NCBI RefSeq assembly: GCF_000008385.1
Contig: NC_006833.1
Location: 570,001 to 602,000, forward strand
From: Wolbachia endosymbiont strain TRS of Brugia malayi
GTDB lineage: Bacteria; Pseudomonadota; Alphaproteobacteria; Rickettsiales; Anaplasmataceae
DNA length: 32,000 nt
Direction of reading: 5' to 3'
The notes beneath the pieces were generated by a model. That model was not told the DNA's origin and did not search any database. It saw only the letters and a list, made by a program, of their open reading frames with translations. Both the position numbers and the translations under genes were made by a program. Below, piece by piece: positions 1 through 9,763 of the stretch; the first letter of the stretch is position 1; each line of letters starts with the position of its first letter.

Positions 1-1102
1 TCAACATTATCATTTGTAAGATACACAATGCAGGCAGTAGGGTATGAGGTTCACATATACACTTCTCCACATTCAGTGAACTCTAATAAAAGAATAGTTG
101 TTGTAGGTGGTTATATCGAAGATAATAAATTATATAATTTACTATAGAAGAATGCCACACTGCAACTGTTGTAGCTTTTTTAGCCTTTTCCCTTTATAAA
201 GCTGATATCACCTTAATTGAAGTAGGTATGGGCGGAAGGCTTGACACAATAAATGTGACAGATAATCCAGTTTTAACAACTATTACTTCCATCGCACTTG
301 ATCATACAGAACACTTTGGCCCCACTGTAGAAACTACAGCGGTGAAAAGATCAAAATATGAAGCATAATGTTCCTTACGAATAGCACTACAAGAAAACTC
401 TATAATAAATACACTAGAACACTACGCAATAAGTAATAAATCTCCTTTATACAGAGAAGGCATTGAGTGGAGTTGCAAAAAAAAAGAATAACAAAATGGT
501 TTCTCAATCAGCTATTCAATCAATAGAATTTTTCCTACCCTTTTTAAAGGGCAATCATCAAATAATTAACTCAGGAAATGCCATTACGTCATGCAGCATT
601 TTGAGTAGAAAGTATGGGTTTGATATTGGAGAAGATGATATCACCTCAGGTTTACAGCATACTATTGGCCTGCACAACTAGAGCTCATACAAGAGGGTAA
701 TTTAATTTCTTCATTACCGAAAGATTGGTAATTATTTTTAGATAGTGCACACAATAATAACGATGCCAAAGTATTAGCTAAGTGAGTAAAAGATAATTTT
801 GCCGAAGGCATTTATATAATTTTTGATGTCACTCGTAATAGAAATGTGGAAAAATTTTTAGATACTTAAAATTGTATATCAAGCTACTATATGCGGGTTG
901 TGTTAAATCTGAGCCAAAAGCAACAAATACAAATTTAATCAGGGAAGAAGCCAACAATATAAGAATAAATGTTATTGAATGTAAATCAATCGGCGATACT
1001 ATACTAAATCACATGCCAAAAGCTCCTATCCAAAACGTTAAAATTATACTGATTTGTGGTTCATTATTTCTGACCGGAGATTTTGCCATGGGGAATGACT
1101 AA
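1..1102 (+). pseudogene. folC: folC (folylpolyglutamate/dihydrofolate synthase) remnant. The 5' end lies outside the window. Multiple frameshifts and in-frame stops.
   Basis: Frame 1 from nt 1 reads ...GYEVHIYTSPHSVNSNKRIVVVGGYIEDNKL and hits TAG at 145-147. A second frame continues ...ADITLIEVGMGGRLDTINV...LTTITSIALDHTEHFG (Mur-ligase/FolC core motifs). Further on, WPAQLELIQEG...DW*LFLDSAHNNNDAKVLAK*VKDNF carries in-frame TAA and TGA. The last piece (ORF 872-1102) ends ILICGSLFLTGDF, a typical FolC C-terminus. Confidence 0.8.
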
Positions 1103-1164
1103 GTTTTTTAAAATTTATGTCAACTAGCGCTATATTTTTCTCTGAAGGAAGCTATATTGTAATT

Positions 1165-2322
1165 ATGAACAACATAATCGTAAAAAAATTCGGTGGAACT
1201 TCATTAACCGATTTAACCAGAGTTGCAAATTTAATAAAAAAAGATGTTGATAAAGGTTATAGAATAATTGTTGTTGTTTCCGCCATTGCAGGACTTACCG
1301 ACCAAATGGTTTTTCAGGCTAGACAAACCTTAAACTTAAGCCACAAACAAGCACTATCAGAATATGATGTTATGCTTTCAGCGGGAGAGCAAATTTCTTG
1401 TGGCCTATTAGCAATTACCCTCCTATCTATCGGAGTAAATGCCAAATCGTGGCTTGCTTGGCAGTTACCAATTATAACTGATAATTCTTATTCCGAGTCT
1501 AAAATAAAAACAATAAAGATTGATCATTTGAAAAGATCTTTTGCTGAAGGTTACACTGTGGCGATCATTGCCGGTTTTCAGGGCATATATGATGATAGAA
1601 TCACTACTTTTGGAAGAGGAGGCTCTGATATATCAGCAGTTGCCCTTGCAGTAGCTTTTGGTGTCAGAGTTTGTGAGATTTTTACTGATATCGATGGAAT
1701 ATATACGGCTGATCCGAAAATTGTCCCAAAAGCACGCAAACTAAAATCCATCTCTTACGATGAAATGTTGGAGATGTCATCATCAGGTGCTAAAATATTG
1801 CATAACCGTTCAGTACAGCTCGCAATGAAACATAACATTAAAGTACAAGTGCTATCCACTTTTAAAGAGGTAGAAGGCACTGCAGTATTACACGAAAATG
1901 ATGTACTAGAGAGACACACAATTACTGGAATAACTTATAGCACTAATGAAGCTCTTATAACTTTTACCAATTTTGCAAATACCTTGCGCACTCTAAAAGA
2001 TATGGCAGGGGCAAATATTAAAATTGATATGATACATGGATCAAGTATTGTAATTTCCGAGTTCGATATCGACTTAATGAAAGAGCTACTGAACAAGAAT
2101 GAAGATTATGTTATAAACAATAATGCAGCTAAAATTTCAATCATTGGTATTGGTGTTATGTCTGTGATGTACCATACACTCAAGTTCTTCAGTGAAAAAA
2201 AGATAGAAATACTTGCGATTACAGCATCTGAAATCAAAATTAGTATTATCGTTCAAAGAGAATGTGCTGAGGCTCTAGTTAGGGATTTACATACTGAGCT
2301 GATGTGCACAGAAGGTGGCTGA
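1165..2322 (+). CDS. lysC: Aspartate kinase (aspartokinase)
   Basis: ORF 1117-2322. N-terminus MNNIIVKKFGGTSL from the ATG at 1165 matches the kinase start (IV.KFGGTS). Also VVVSA..G.TD, FGRGGSD, TDIDGIYTADP and C-terminal ACT-like repeats. The start could instead be 1117. Confidence 0.9.
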   Translation: MNNIIVKKFGGTSLTDLTRVANLIKKDVDKGYRIIVVVSAIAGLTDQMVFQARQTLNLSHKQALSEYDVMLSAGEQISCGLLAITLLSIGVNAKSWLAWQLPIITDNSYSESKIKTIKIDHLKRSFAEGYTVAIIAGFQGIYDDRITTFGRGGSDISAVALAVAFGVRVCEIFTDIDGIYTADPKIVPKARKLKSISYDEMLEMSSSGAKILHNRSVQLAMKHNIKVQVLSTFKEVEGTAVLHENDVLERHTITGITYSTNEALITFTNFANTLRTLKDMAGANIKIDMIHGSSIVISEFDIDLMKELLNKNEDYVINNNAAKISIIGIGVMSVMYHTLKFFSEKKIEILAITASEIKISIIVQRECAEALVRDLHTELMCTEGG

Positions 2323-2526
2323 TCTTATGTTTTTACTCTCCCTTTCTAATATTTCGCAGAAAGCAAGTATTCTATTCAGTAATGTAGCAGAAAGAAACAC
2401 TATGAGAGGTTAAAAAGCCTACTTTCACCATTGGTACATCTTATTCTATAGATGGGGTAATGATTTCAAACGTAAGGAAGTTGAATATTTGTGAAAAATA
2501 ATGTATAATTATCAATAATTTTTAAG

Positions 2527-3410
2527 TGAATTTCTTATAGCTTTTTTTTCTAGACCCAAAAAACAATTTAGCGCTTCGGCGCATCTTTGGCACTGAGAAA
2601 AATAAGGATATTCTCATTCATCTTCCCAATGATATTTTAGGTTGAACTGGTAAGGCTAAAATAGAGTATGTGAGTCTTCTAAGTTCCATTCAAAACCCTA
2701 ATATTACCACTAAAAAGGAGAGTATTGTTGACGTATCATTAGAGATTCTACAGGTGTGCAATTCATTTGCAGGACACACAGACCGCTTAGAACCACTGGC
2801 TTTAAAAAACACGCAAATACTACGCTGCCAAAGCTTACTTAAGACAAGTTGACGTAGGTGCCAGGTTATCAAGACCTTAAAGAGGTTATCTTCATTGCTA
2901 TAACTGATTTTGTTCTGTTTCTTGATAAACTAGAGTACAAATCCGATCACGTTACTCTTGATATGAAAACTTTCAAACGTGACCTGTAGAACTTTAGTTT
3001 TACTTTTATAAAACCACAAAAATTTCCAAAAACGCAAGAGGATCAATTAGAAAATATGGTCGAAAAGTAGTGTTATTTTTTTAAGTATGCAAATAAGACT
3101 AGCAAAGAGGGTGTAAAGAAAGTAGTAGGGAGTGATGTGATTATTGGCAGAGCTTATAATGAGTTGAACCAATATAATTGGGGTGAAGAAGAGCGTTTTA
3201 TTTATAATCAAGATAAGAAACGTGAGAATGACAATTTATCCTCCCTTAACCAAAAATTTGATGAGAGTATGCAAAGCCGATACAGAGAAAAGAAAAATCG
3301 AAGTGGCAAGAAACTTACTCAAAGCTGGTATATCTGTCAACTTAATAGCTGAACTTACTTGTTTTCCTTAAGCTGAAATTACATAGCTCAAAGAAGAAGT
3401 CACTAGCTGA
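2527..3410 (+). pseudogene. Rpn-family recombination-promoting nuclease / PD-(D/E)XK putative transposase (TIGR01784-like), decayed
   Basis: Reads FLDPKNNLALRRIFGTEKNKDILIHLPNDILG*, then in shifted frames KKESIVDVSLE.., ..YKSDHVTLDMKTFKRDL*, and the C-terminal piece EKRKIEVARNLLKAGISVNLIAELTCFP*. Order and motifs match the family, but there are several stops and frameshifts. Track ORFs 2670-2852, 3137-3352 and 3183-3371 are fragments of it. Confidence 0.75.
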
Positions 3411-3672
3411 TACTGTCTCTCAAACCGTTGGGCTGAATGGACAATGGCGTTAACTTAAGGAAAAATATCAGTGATTGTATATAAAATTTCTCCCTAAAAT
3501 CCATTATGTCTTTAGGGAAGTTCACTAAGGGAGTCTTTTAAGTTGATGCAATTGGCTGAACGGATACGAGCATGGGCATTCTGAAGCAAAACCCCTCTAT
3601 ACTTTGCCTGAGTGAAGTTACTTAAATTTTACATATCTATTGTAGAGTAAAGAAGCTAAATCTGGAACAAAA

Positions 3673-4389
3673 ATGCTAGCAGAAACTTGGGCTTTACTAA
3701 TACTTACACTACTTGAAATAATACTTAGTATAGATAATTTAATCTTTATTTCTCTAGCAATAGATAGAGTACCAAACGCGTTGAGGGAGAGAGTACGCAT
3801 CGTAGGTTTTGCACTAGCACTACAGATGCGCTTTGTAACACTATTTTTTACATCATATATATTATCAATGCAAAAACCTATATTTTACGCTGCATCGTTC
3901 AACATTTCAGTAAAAGACCTACTCATGATAGCAGGAGGATTATTCCTAATCATTAAAAGCTTCATAGAATTATGGAACGACATTTTCTCACGCAAGCAAG
4001 TTGAAAAAAAAATAGACATTAAATCACAACTGCTTCTAGCTGTACTACAAATTATATTAATAGATTTAGTTTTTTCAGTTGATTCTTTACTAACTGCTAT
4101 AGCATTAACTCATAGCATGGTAATAATTGCTATAGCATGCGTATTTTCCATACTAGCAATGATATTTTTATCAAGTTATACTGCCCAGCTAATTAAATCT
4201 AGCTCGAGTTTAAAAATAATCGCCATCCTATTTATTGTACTTGTTGGTGTGCACCTGATGCTTGATGGACTTCATGTAGAATTACCAAAAGAATACTTGT
4301 ATTCTTCATTGACGTTTGCATTATTTGTAGAAGTTACGAGTAGTATAAAGAAAAAAGTGCGGTGCATAAAGAAGAAAAAACAGTTCTAA
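3673..4389 (+). CDS. TerC-family integral membrane protein
   Basis: 238-aa ORF with multiple hydrophobic helices and the duplicated TerC signature (LLEIILSIDNLIFISLA near the N-terminus, LIDLVFSVDSLLTAIALT in the second half). Confidence 0.8.
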   Translation: MLAETWALLILTLLEIILSIDNLIFISLAIDRVPNALRERVRIVGFALALQMRFVTLFFTSYILSMQKPIFYAASFNISVKDLLMIAGGLFLIIKSFIELWNDIFSRKQVEKKIDIKSQLLLAVLQIILIDLVFSVDSLLTAIALTHSMVIIAIACVFSILAMIFLSSYTAQLIKSSSSLKIIAILFIVLVGVHLMLDGLHVELPKEYLYSSLTFALFVEVTSSIKKKVRCIKKKKQF

Positions 4390-4390
4390 A

Positions 4391-5953
4391 TTATTCCCAC
4401 TCAATAGTTGCCGGTGGTTTTGAAGTTAAGTCATACACAACTCTATTTACTCCGGAAACGTTATTAACGATTATACTGCTGACATTCTGCAAAAAATCCC
4501 AAAATATTAATGAATGCTGACTTTTATTCTCAAATGGAAATGCATCAGCCGTCATACCATCAAACGATGTCACAGCCCTCAAAGCACAAACATATCCGTA
4601 TGTACGACCATCTCCCATGACACCTACAGTTCTTATCGGCAATAGTACAGCAAAAGCTTGCCATATTTTATCATATAGATCGTAATTTTTCATTGTATTG
4701 ATATATATTTCATCTATTTCTTGCAATATTCGCACCCTTTCCTCATCAACTTCACCTATGACCCTTACCGCAAGTCCAGGTCCAGGAAACGGGTGTTGAA
4801 ATATTATCTCGTTTGAAAGCCCAATTTCTTTCCCAAGCAGTCTTACCTCATCTTTAAAGAGGTAGCGCAAAGGCTCCACTAGCTTGAGATTCATCTTCTC
4901 TGGCAATCCACCAACATTATGATGAGATTTGATTGTACTAGCATTCCCCGAAGCATGCCCTGATTCGACCACATCAGAGTAAATAGTACCCTGCATTAAA
5001 AAATCTGCATTACCTATTTTTTTTGCCTCCTCTTCAAAGACTTCAATGAAAGTGTTACCAATAATTTTTCGCTTTTCTTCTGGATCAGTTATACCTTTTA
5101 ATCTACTCAAAAACAAATTCGATTTATCAACATAATTTACTGGAATCTCTTCCAACAGAGCAATGGTCTGGTTCTTACGTAACAACCCAGTATCAATAAA
5201 AATACAGTTTAATTGTTTTCCTACGGCTTTATATGTAAGAGCCACTGCAACACTTGAATCAACCCCTCCACTTACCGCAGCAATTACTTTTTTCTCTCCT
5301 ACCACATTTTTAATTTTCTCCTTTTGCTTTTCAATGATTGACTTCATTGTCCAGTCTCTTTTACAATTTGCAATGTCCAAGAAGTTAGAAAGCAATTTAC
5401 TACCATTCGCTGTAGGCTTAACCTCAGGATGGAACTGAGTACAATATATCCTACGCTGTTCATTGGCAACTATCGCAATTGTTTGATTTATTACACCTGA
5501 TGCAATAACAGTAAACCCTTGTGGTGCAGTTTCAACACTGTCCGCATGATTCATTAATACATCCACTTCAGAATTAACATTCCACACATCCTTTACAATG
5601 GAGGATTCCTTTAGTATCTTAATCTTAGTTTTGCAAAACTCCTGTTTGAACTCTTTTTTTACTTTCGCTCCAAAGTAATGACAAATAAGTTGCTGCCCAT
5701 AGCATATCCCAAGTATAGGAACATTTGTTGCCTCATTAAATTTTATAATCTCATGTGCTACTCCACTTGCCTCAGAACAACCATCATGCACAGATTGTGG
5801 TCCTCCAGAGAGAATAAATCCATTGAATTTCGATATTGTTTCAAAACTGATGTTGCTAGGGAATATCTCACAATAAACGTCCATTTCTCTGATCTGTCTC
5901 GCGATAAGCTGCGTAAATTGTGAACCAAAATCAATAATGGCAATTGCTGACAA
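4391..5953 (-). CDS. guaA: GMP synthase (glutamine-hydrolysing)
   Basis: 520-aa ORF. N-terminal GATase ([14 protein letters not shown]), ATP-PPase motif [11 protein letters not shown]-terminal ...[14 protein letters not shown]. Confidence 0.95.
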   Translation of the reverse strand: MSAIAIIDFGSQFTQLIARQIREMDVYCEIFPSNISFETISKFNGFILSGGPQSVHDGCSEASGVAHEIIKFNEATNVPILGICYGQQLICHYFGAKVKKEFKQEFCKTKIKILKESSIVKDVWNVNSEVDVLMNHADSVETAPQGFTVIASGVINQTIAIVANEQRRIYCTQFHPEVKPTANGSKLLSNFLDIANCKRDWTMKSIIEKQKEKIKNVVGEKKVIAAVSGGVDSSVAVALTYKAVGKQLNCIFIDTGLLRKNQTIALLEEIPVNYVDKSNLFLSRLKGITDPEEKRKIIGNTFIEVFEEEAKKIGNADFLMQGTIYSDVVESGHASGNASTIKSHHNVGGLPEKMNLKLVEPLRYLFKDEVRLLGKEIGLSNEIIFQHPFPGPGLAVRVIGEVDEERVRILQEIDEIYINTMKNYDLYDKIWQAFAVLLPIRTVGVMGDGRTYGYVCALRAVTSFDGMTADAFPFENKSQHSLIFWDFLQNVSSIIVNNVSGVNRVVYDLTSKPPATIEWE

Positions 5954-6047
5954 CCTACTCCTCCATATTATTTAAAGCAATATTTAATAATAAAGAAAAT
6001 AACAGAGCAAGTAAACTAAGACCTCTTTAAAAGCTTTAATATATGGC

Positions 6048-6640
6048 TTAAACATTAGCTGTGATCCATTTTGAGCTGACAAAAATTTGCAGGTGGTAGC
6101 CCAGAGTTTTTAGTCCTTTTTCGGAGTCAAGGCATACTCTAAAAAAATCCCAATCGTTACAACTTTTACCAATAATTTCTTTGCCTACTATAGAAGGAGA
6201 GTTATATTTTGCTTTATTATAGATTAACTTGCCCTCACTGCTGACCGCAACTTCATATATTCTCCCTTTATATTTTCCAATAAGCGTTTTTCCTATAAAA
6301 AGATCTTGATAAATTTTTGATTTTGTGTTGAACTGTCATCAACTTGTGTAATTTTGTCAGGTTTATTCACTTTGAGTATAGCTAGTGGCTTATTACCCAA
6401 GATATTATTTAACACCTTGCATACTACATATGTCACAATCTCATTTTTGACTTCTTCTACCCTTTTATCTACATATTTTTCCACTTTACTGCACACTGCC
6501 CTTTAAAACTGTCAAGAAAGTTTTGCAAGTTGAGTAAAGTTAATTCAGATATTTCTATCAAATCCTCTAGTTCTATTGTTACCTCAATAATGAATCTAGT
6601 ATACTAAAACACTTTTAAGAAAAACGACCTAAAATTCCTG
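6048..6640 (-). pseudogene. DUF2924-like (phage/integrative-element associated) gene fragment
   Basis: Minus-strand frame ending at the TAA (plus-strand tta 6048-6050) reads IGKTLIGKYKGRIYEVAVSSEGKLIYNKAKYNSPSIVGKEIIGKSCNDWDFF. As I recall it, this fits the DUF2924 C-terminal pattern G-T-x-L-x-R-x-W-x-G-x-x-H-x-V-x-V...Y-x-S-L-S-x-x-A-x-x-I-T-G..W-x-FF. There is no start codon in that frame. The upstream parts (ORF 6293-6496 and IIEVTIELEDLIEISELTLLNLQNFLDSFKGQ) sit in other frames. Confidence 0.4.
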
Positions 6641-6830
6641 CCCTTTAGGCACAACTGTACAAACATTGTAATGACCTTGACCAAAAAAGTGATATCATTA
6701 CAATGCTTGATATACAATTGTACGAACATTTGTTTGCGAAGACAGTGTGTTAAATGTTATAGCAGATTTTACCCCAAACATAAGGATATTATGAAAACAC
6801 CTGATACTGACATGACATCTTTTTTGGACC

Positions 6831-7146
6831 CTTAAATTGAACTAGCTATAAACATTAAGAAATTTACTAAATAAAAAAAAGAAAAAGATGTCCCGTGGTA
6901 GATAGTGTTTACTCTCTAATCCTGCAAATTGGCATATTATACTGTCTTAAACGCTTTAAAAGCGAGTTTTAGCTTATATAGGTAAAAACCTAGAAATGTT
7001 GTGAAGACATAAGGTACATATAGTGCAAAAAATTAAACATAAGACATCAACTATGTAATACTTTGTTATTTAATCTGCACAGATTGAAGGTAATTGAATA
7101 CCTTTAGTACTATGGGGGCCGGCGAGGTTTGTCAAATAATTTTTGC
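6831..7146 (+). repeat. Copy A of a ~310-bp non-coding dispersed repeat (three copies in the window)
   Basis: Aligns by eye along its whole length with 20127-20432 (same orientation) and with the reverse complement of 29446-29761. Shared blocks include gtttactctctaatcctgcaaat, cagcttatataggtaaaaac and catttaatctgcacagaYtgaag. No ORF in any frame. Confidence 0.9.
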
Positions 7147-7276
7147 ATTTCTATGAGTCACTTAGATGACACCCCCTCATAACATTTGTACAGCTGCATA
7201 ACCTTTTAGCTATATTATAGATCTTGCTTTAGCCACATATTCATATAGAATTAAAAAAATCAGAGTCATAAATAAA

Positions 7277-8599
7277 ATGTTAACGAGATTCGCCCCAAGC
7301 CCAACTGGCTATCTTCATGTGGGAAACGCCCGCACTGCACTCGTTTGCTGGATGTACACACGTAGTCAAAACGGGAAATTTTTACTTCGTTTCGACGACA
7401 CTGATCTTCAGCGTTCAGACGTTAAACATATAGATAGCATAGTGCAGGATTTGAGATGGATTTGCATAGATTGGGATGTAATTTTTAAGCAATCAGAGCG
7501 CTTTAAGCATTATAACGAAGTGTTTCTGCAGTTAATAACAAAAGGGCACATTTATGCATGCTATGAAACAAAAGAAGAATTAGACATTAAACGAAAATTG
7601 CAGTTAAAACATGGGCTTCCTCCGGTATATGATAGGAGTGCATTACTTCTCACTGAACAGGAAAAATTTTGTTATGAGCAAGAAGGACGAAAACCACATT
7701 TTAGATTTAAGTTGGATAGGAATGAAGTTGTCAAATGGAATGATGAGGTTAAAGGTGAAATAAATATTGCAACCAGCAGTATAAGCGACCCCGTGGTAAA
7801 AAGGGAGGATGGAATTTATACATACATGTTACCTTCTGTTATTGATGATGTCGACTTTAATGTAACCCATGTTATACGCGGAGAAGATCATGTAACTAAC
7901 ACTGCAGTTCAGATACAAATGATACAAGCATTAGAAGCAAAAGTTCCTGTGTTTGCTCATCTTCCCCTTCTACATTTTGATGATAGTAAAATATCGAAAC
8001 GGAAAGGTGGACTGGACATCAAATCCATTAAAGAAAATGAAATTGAACCAATGGCACTCGCTAGTTATTTAATAAAACTTGGAACATCCGATCCAATCGA
8101 AGCTTACGTTAACATGCAATCTTTAATTGACTCATTTGACATTAAAAAATTTGGCTCAGCTTCTGCACAATTTAATTTGAGTGAAATACATAAGCTAAAT
8201 AGTAAAGTCCTGCAACAAATGCCATTTGAAATGGTAAAAGAGCGTTTAAGTCAAATTGGAGTTAACTCTCCAGAGTTTTGGTACTTCATAAGGAACAATA
8301 TAGAAAAATTTTCGGAAGTGGCTGAGTGGTGGCAAATATGCAAATCTAATATAGAACCTGTGGTTCTTGATAAGGAGTTTATAAAAATCGTACTCGATGC
8401 ATTGCCTCAAGGTGATTGTAATGAAAACACATTGTCGGAGTGGGTGAAAGCTATTCAACAGACAGTGGATATAAAGTTGAAAGACTTGTTTATGCAGCTG
8501 CGTTTAGCCCTAACAGGTGCAAAAACAGGCCCAGAGCTTGCTAAGTTATTAATTTTTATTGGTAAAGAAAATATCATTGCAAGGTTAAAGAAGTATTAG
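7277..8599 (+). CDS. gltX: Glutamyl-tRNA synthetase, paralogue 1 (440 aa)
   Basis: [22 protein letters not shown] (HIGH-type motif), RFDDTD, VIRGEDH, KISKRKG (KMSKS-type motif). Confidence 0.9.
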   Translation: MLTRFAPSPTGYLHVGNARTALVCWMYTRSQNGKFLLRFDDTDLQRSDVKHIDSIVQDLRWICIDWDVIFKQSERFKHYNEVFLQLITKGHIYACYETKEELDIKRKLQLKHGLPPVYDRSALLLTEQEKFCYEQEGRKPHFRFKLDRNEVVKWNDEVKGEINIATSSISDPVVKREDGIYTYMLPSVIDDVDFNVTHVIRGEDHVTNTAVQIQMIQALEAKVPVFAHLPLLHFDDSKISKRKGGLDIKSIKENEIEPMALASYLIKLGTSDPIEAYVNMQSLIDSFDIKKFGSASAQFNLSEIHKLNSKVLQQMPFEMVKERLSQIGVNSPEFWYFIRNNIEKFSEVAEWWQICKSNIEPVVLDKEFIKIVLDALPQGDCNENTLSEWVKAIQQTVDIKLKDLFMQLRLALTGAKTGPELAKLLIFIGKENIIARLKKY

Positions 8600-8699
8600 C
8601 TAGGCACGTGTGATTCATAGAGGAATCCTAAACTACTATAACTTAAGGTTTCAGGCATAAACCTTGAACTAAAGATTGTTTTTTCGACAAGTAAAGAAT

Positions 8700-9752
8700 G
8701 GTGAAAATTGTTTAAGGGATAACCAATAGCAAAAACTATAGAAAAAAATATACGAAATTTTTAAAGCAGCTAAAAGATCATATTACCACAAATCGTTATA
8801 AAGCAGCGCTTACAGCAAGCTCATTTACTTTATTATTATACTAGTATAGAAACTTTAAAGTGACAAAAAGAACATGGCTGGAAGCGAAAGTTTTGAATAA
8901 CTGAGTAAGAATTTGAAGGGTGCATTTCCAGAAATGAAGGATTTTAGTATGAGAAATCTGAAGTATATGCACAAATTTGCTGAAGAATATCTCGATGTTG
9001 AATTTGTGCAACAGGTTGCTTGTAGAATTGCCTTAGTTTCATACTGTGGTGATTATGGATAAGATTAAAGAGCCTTACAAGAGAGGCTTTTCTACTTTCA
9101 AAGAGCTATAGAGCATTGCTGATCACGCAATATTACAGTGAAGCAGATAGAGTGAGCGCTATATAAAAGGCAGGGAAAGGCTATTATTAACCTTAAAGAT
9201 AAGCTGTCATCTTTCCAATCAGACCTGGCACACTATACATTAAAAGATCTATATGTTTTTGATTTCTTAAGTATAGGAGATGATGCTCATGAGAGAGAAG
9301 TAGAAAAAGGGCTTGTAAAGCATGTTGAAAAGTTCCTACTAGAGCTGGGTAAAGGATTCGCGTTTGTTTGCAGACAAGTTTCACTTAGATGTTGGAGATA
9401 AAGACTTTTATATTGATTTATTATTTTACCACTTAAAGTTGTGTTGCTTTGTAGTAATTGAACTCAAAGATAAAGACTTTAAACCAGAATATGCTAGTAA
9501 AATGAATTTCTATCTTTCTGTAGTTGATGATTTACTAAAACATGCAACAGATTAATTTTCCATAGGATTAATTTTGTGTAAATCAGAGAATAGTGTGCTT
9601 GCTGAATATACACTTCGAGATATAACCAAACCAATATAGAGTTAGCAGAACATCGAATAACTGAAAATTTACCGAAAGACATAAAAACAGTTCTGCCAAC
9701 GATAGAAGAATTGGAAACCGAGTTATTAAAAATTCCAGATAAGAAAAAGTGA
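8700..9752 (+). pseudogene. DUF1016/YhcG-type PD-(D/E)XK nuclease domain protein, decayed
   Basis: Fragments in three frames: ..FPEMKDFSMRNLKYMHKFAEEY.., ..LKDLYVFDFLSIGDDAHEREVEKGLVKHVEKFLLELGKGFAFV.RQ.., ..DKDFYIDLLFYHLKLCCFVVIELKDKDFKPEYASKMNFYLSVVDDLL (ORF 9364-9555, nuclease core D..ELK), ..LPTIEELETELLKIP..*. The left boundary is approximate. Confidence 0.7.
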
Positions 9753-9763
9753 TTCTACGAAAA

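Noticed and set aside
463-1102. ORFs 463-681 and 872-1102 as independent small genes
   Set aside because: Both are fragments of the folC pseudogene (central ..LKGNHQIINSGNAI.. and C-terminal ..ICGSLFLTGDF), not separate genes.
3520-3600. Possible yybP-ykoY (Mn2+) riboswitch in the leader of the TerC-family gene. The short blocks agggagtc, gttgatgca and agcaaaacccctc loosely resemble the conserved GGGGAGUAG, UUGACAUA and AGCAAGACC(U/C) elements.
   Set aside because: The candidate is only about 80 nt, too short for the four-way junction. The UUGA-like block is in the wrong position relative to the other two, and I could not draw the required helices. A cmscan with RF00080 would settle it. As it stands this is unsupported.
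5163-5943. ORFs 5163-5438 (+), 5678-5923 (+) and 5758-5943 (-) inside guaA
   Set aside because: They are antisense or out of frame to a full-length, motif-complete GMP synthase, so they are typical shadow ORFs.
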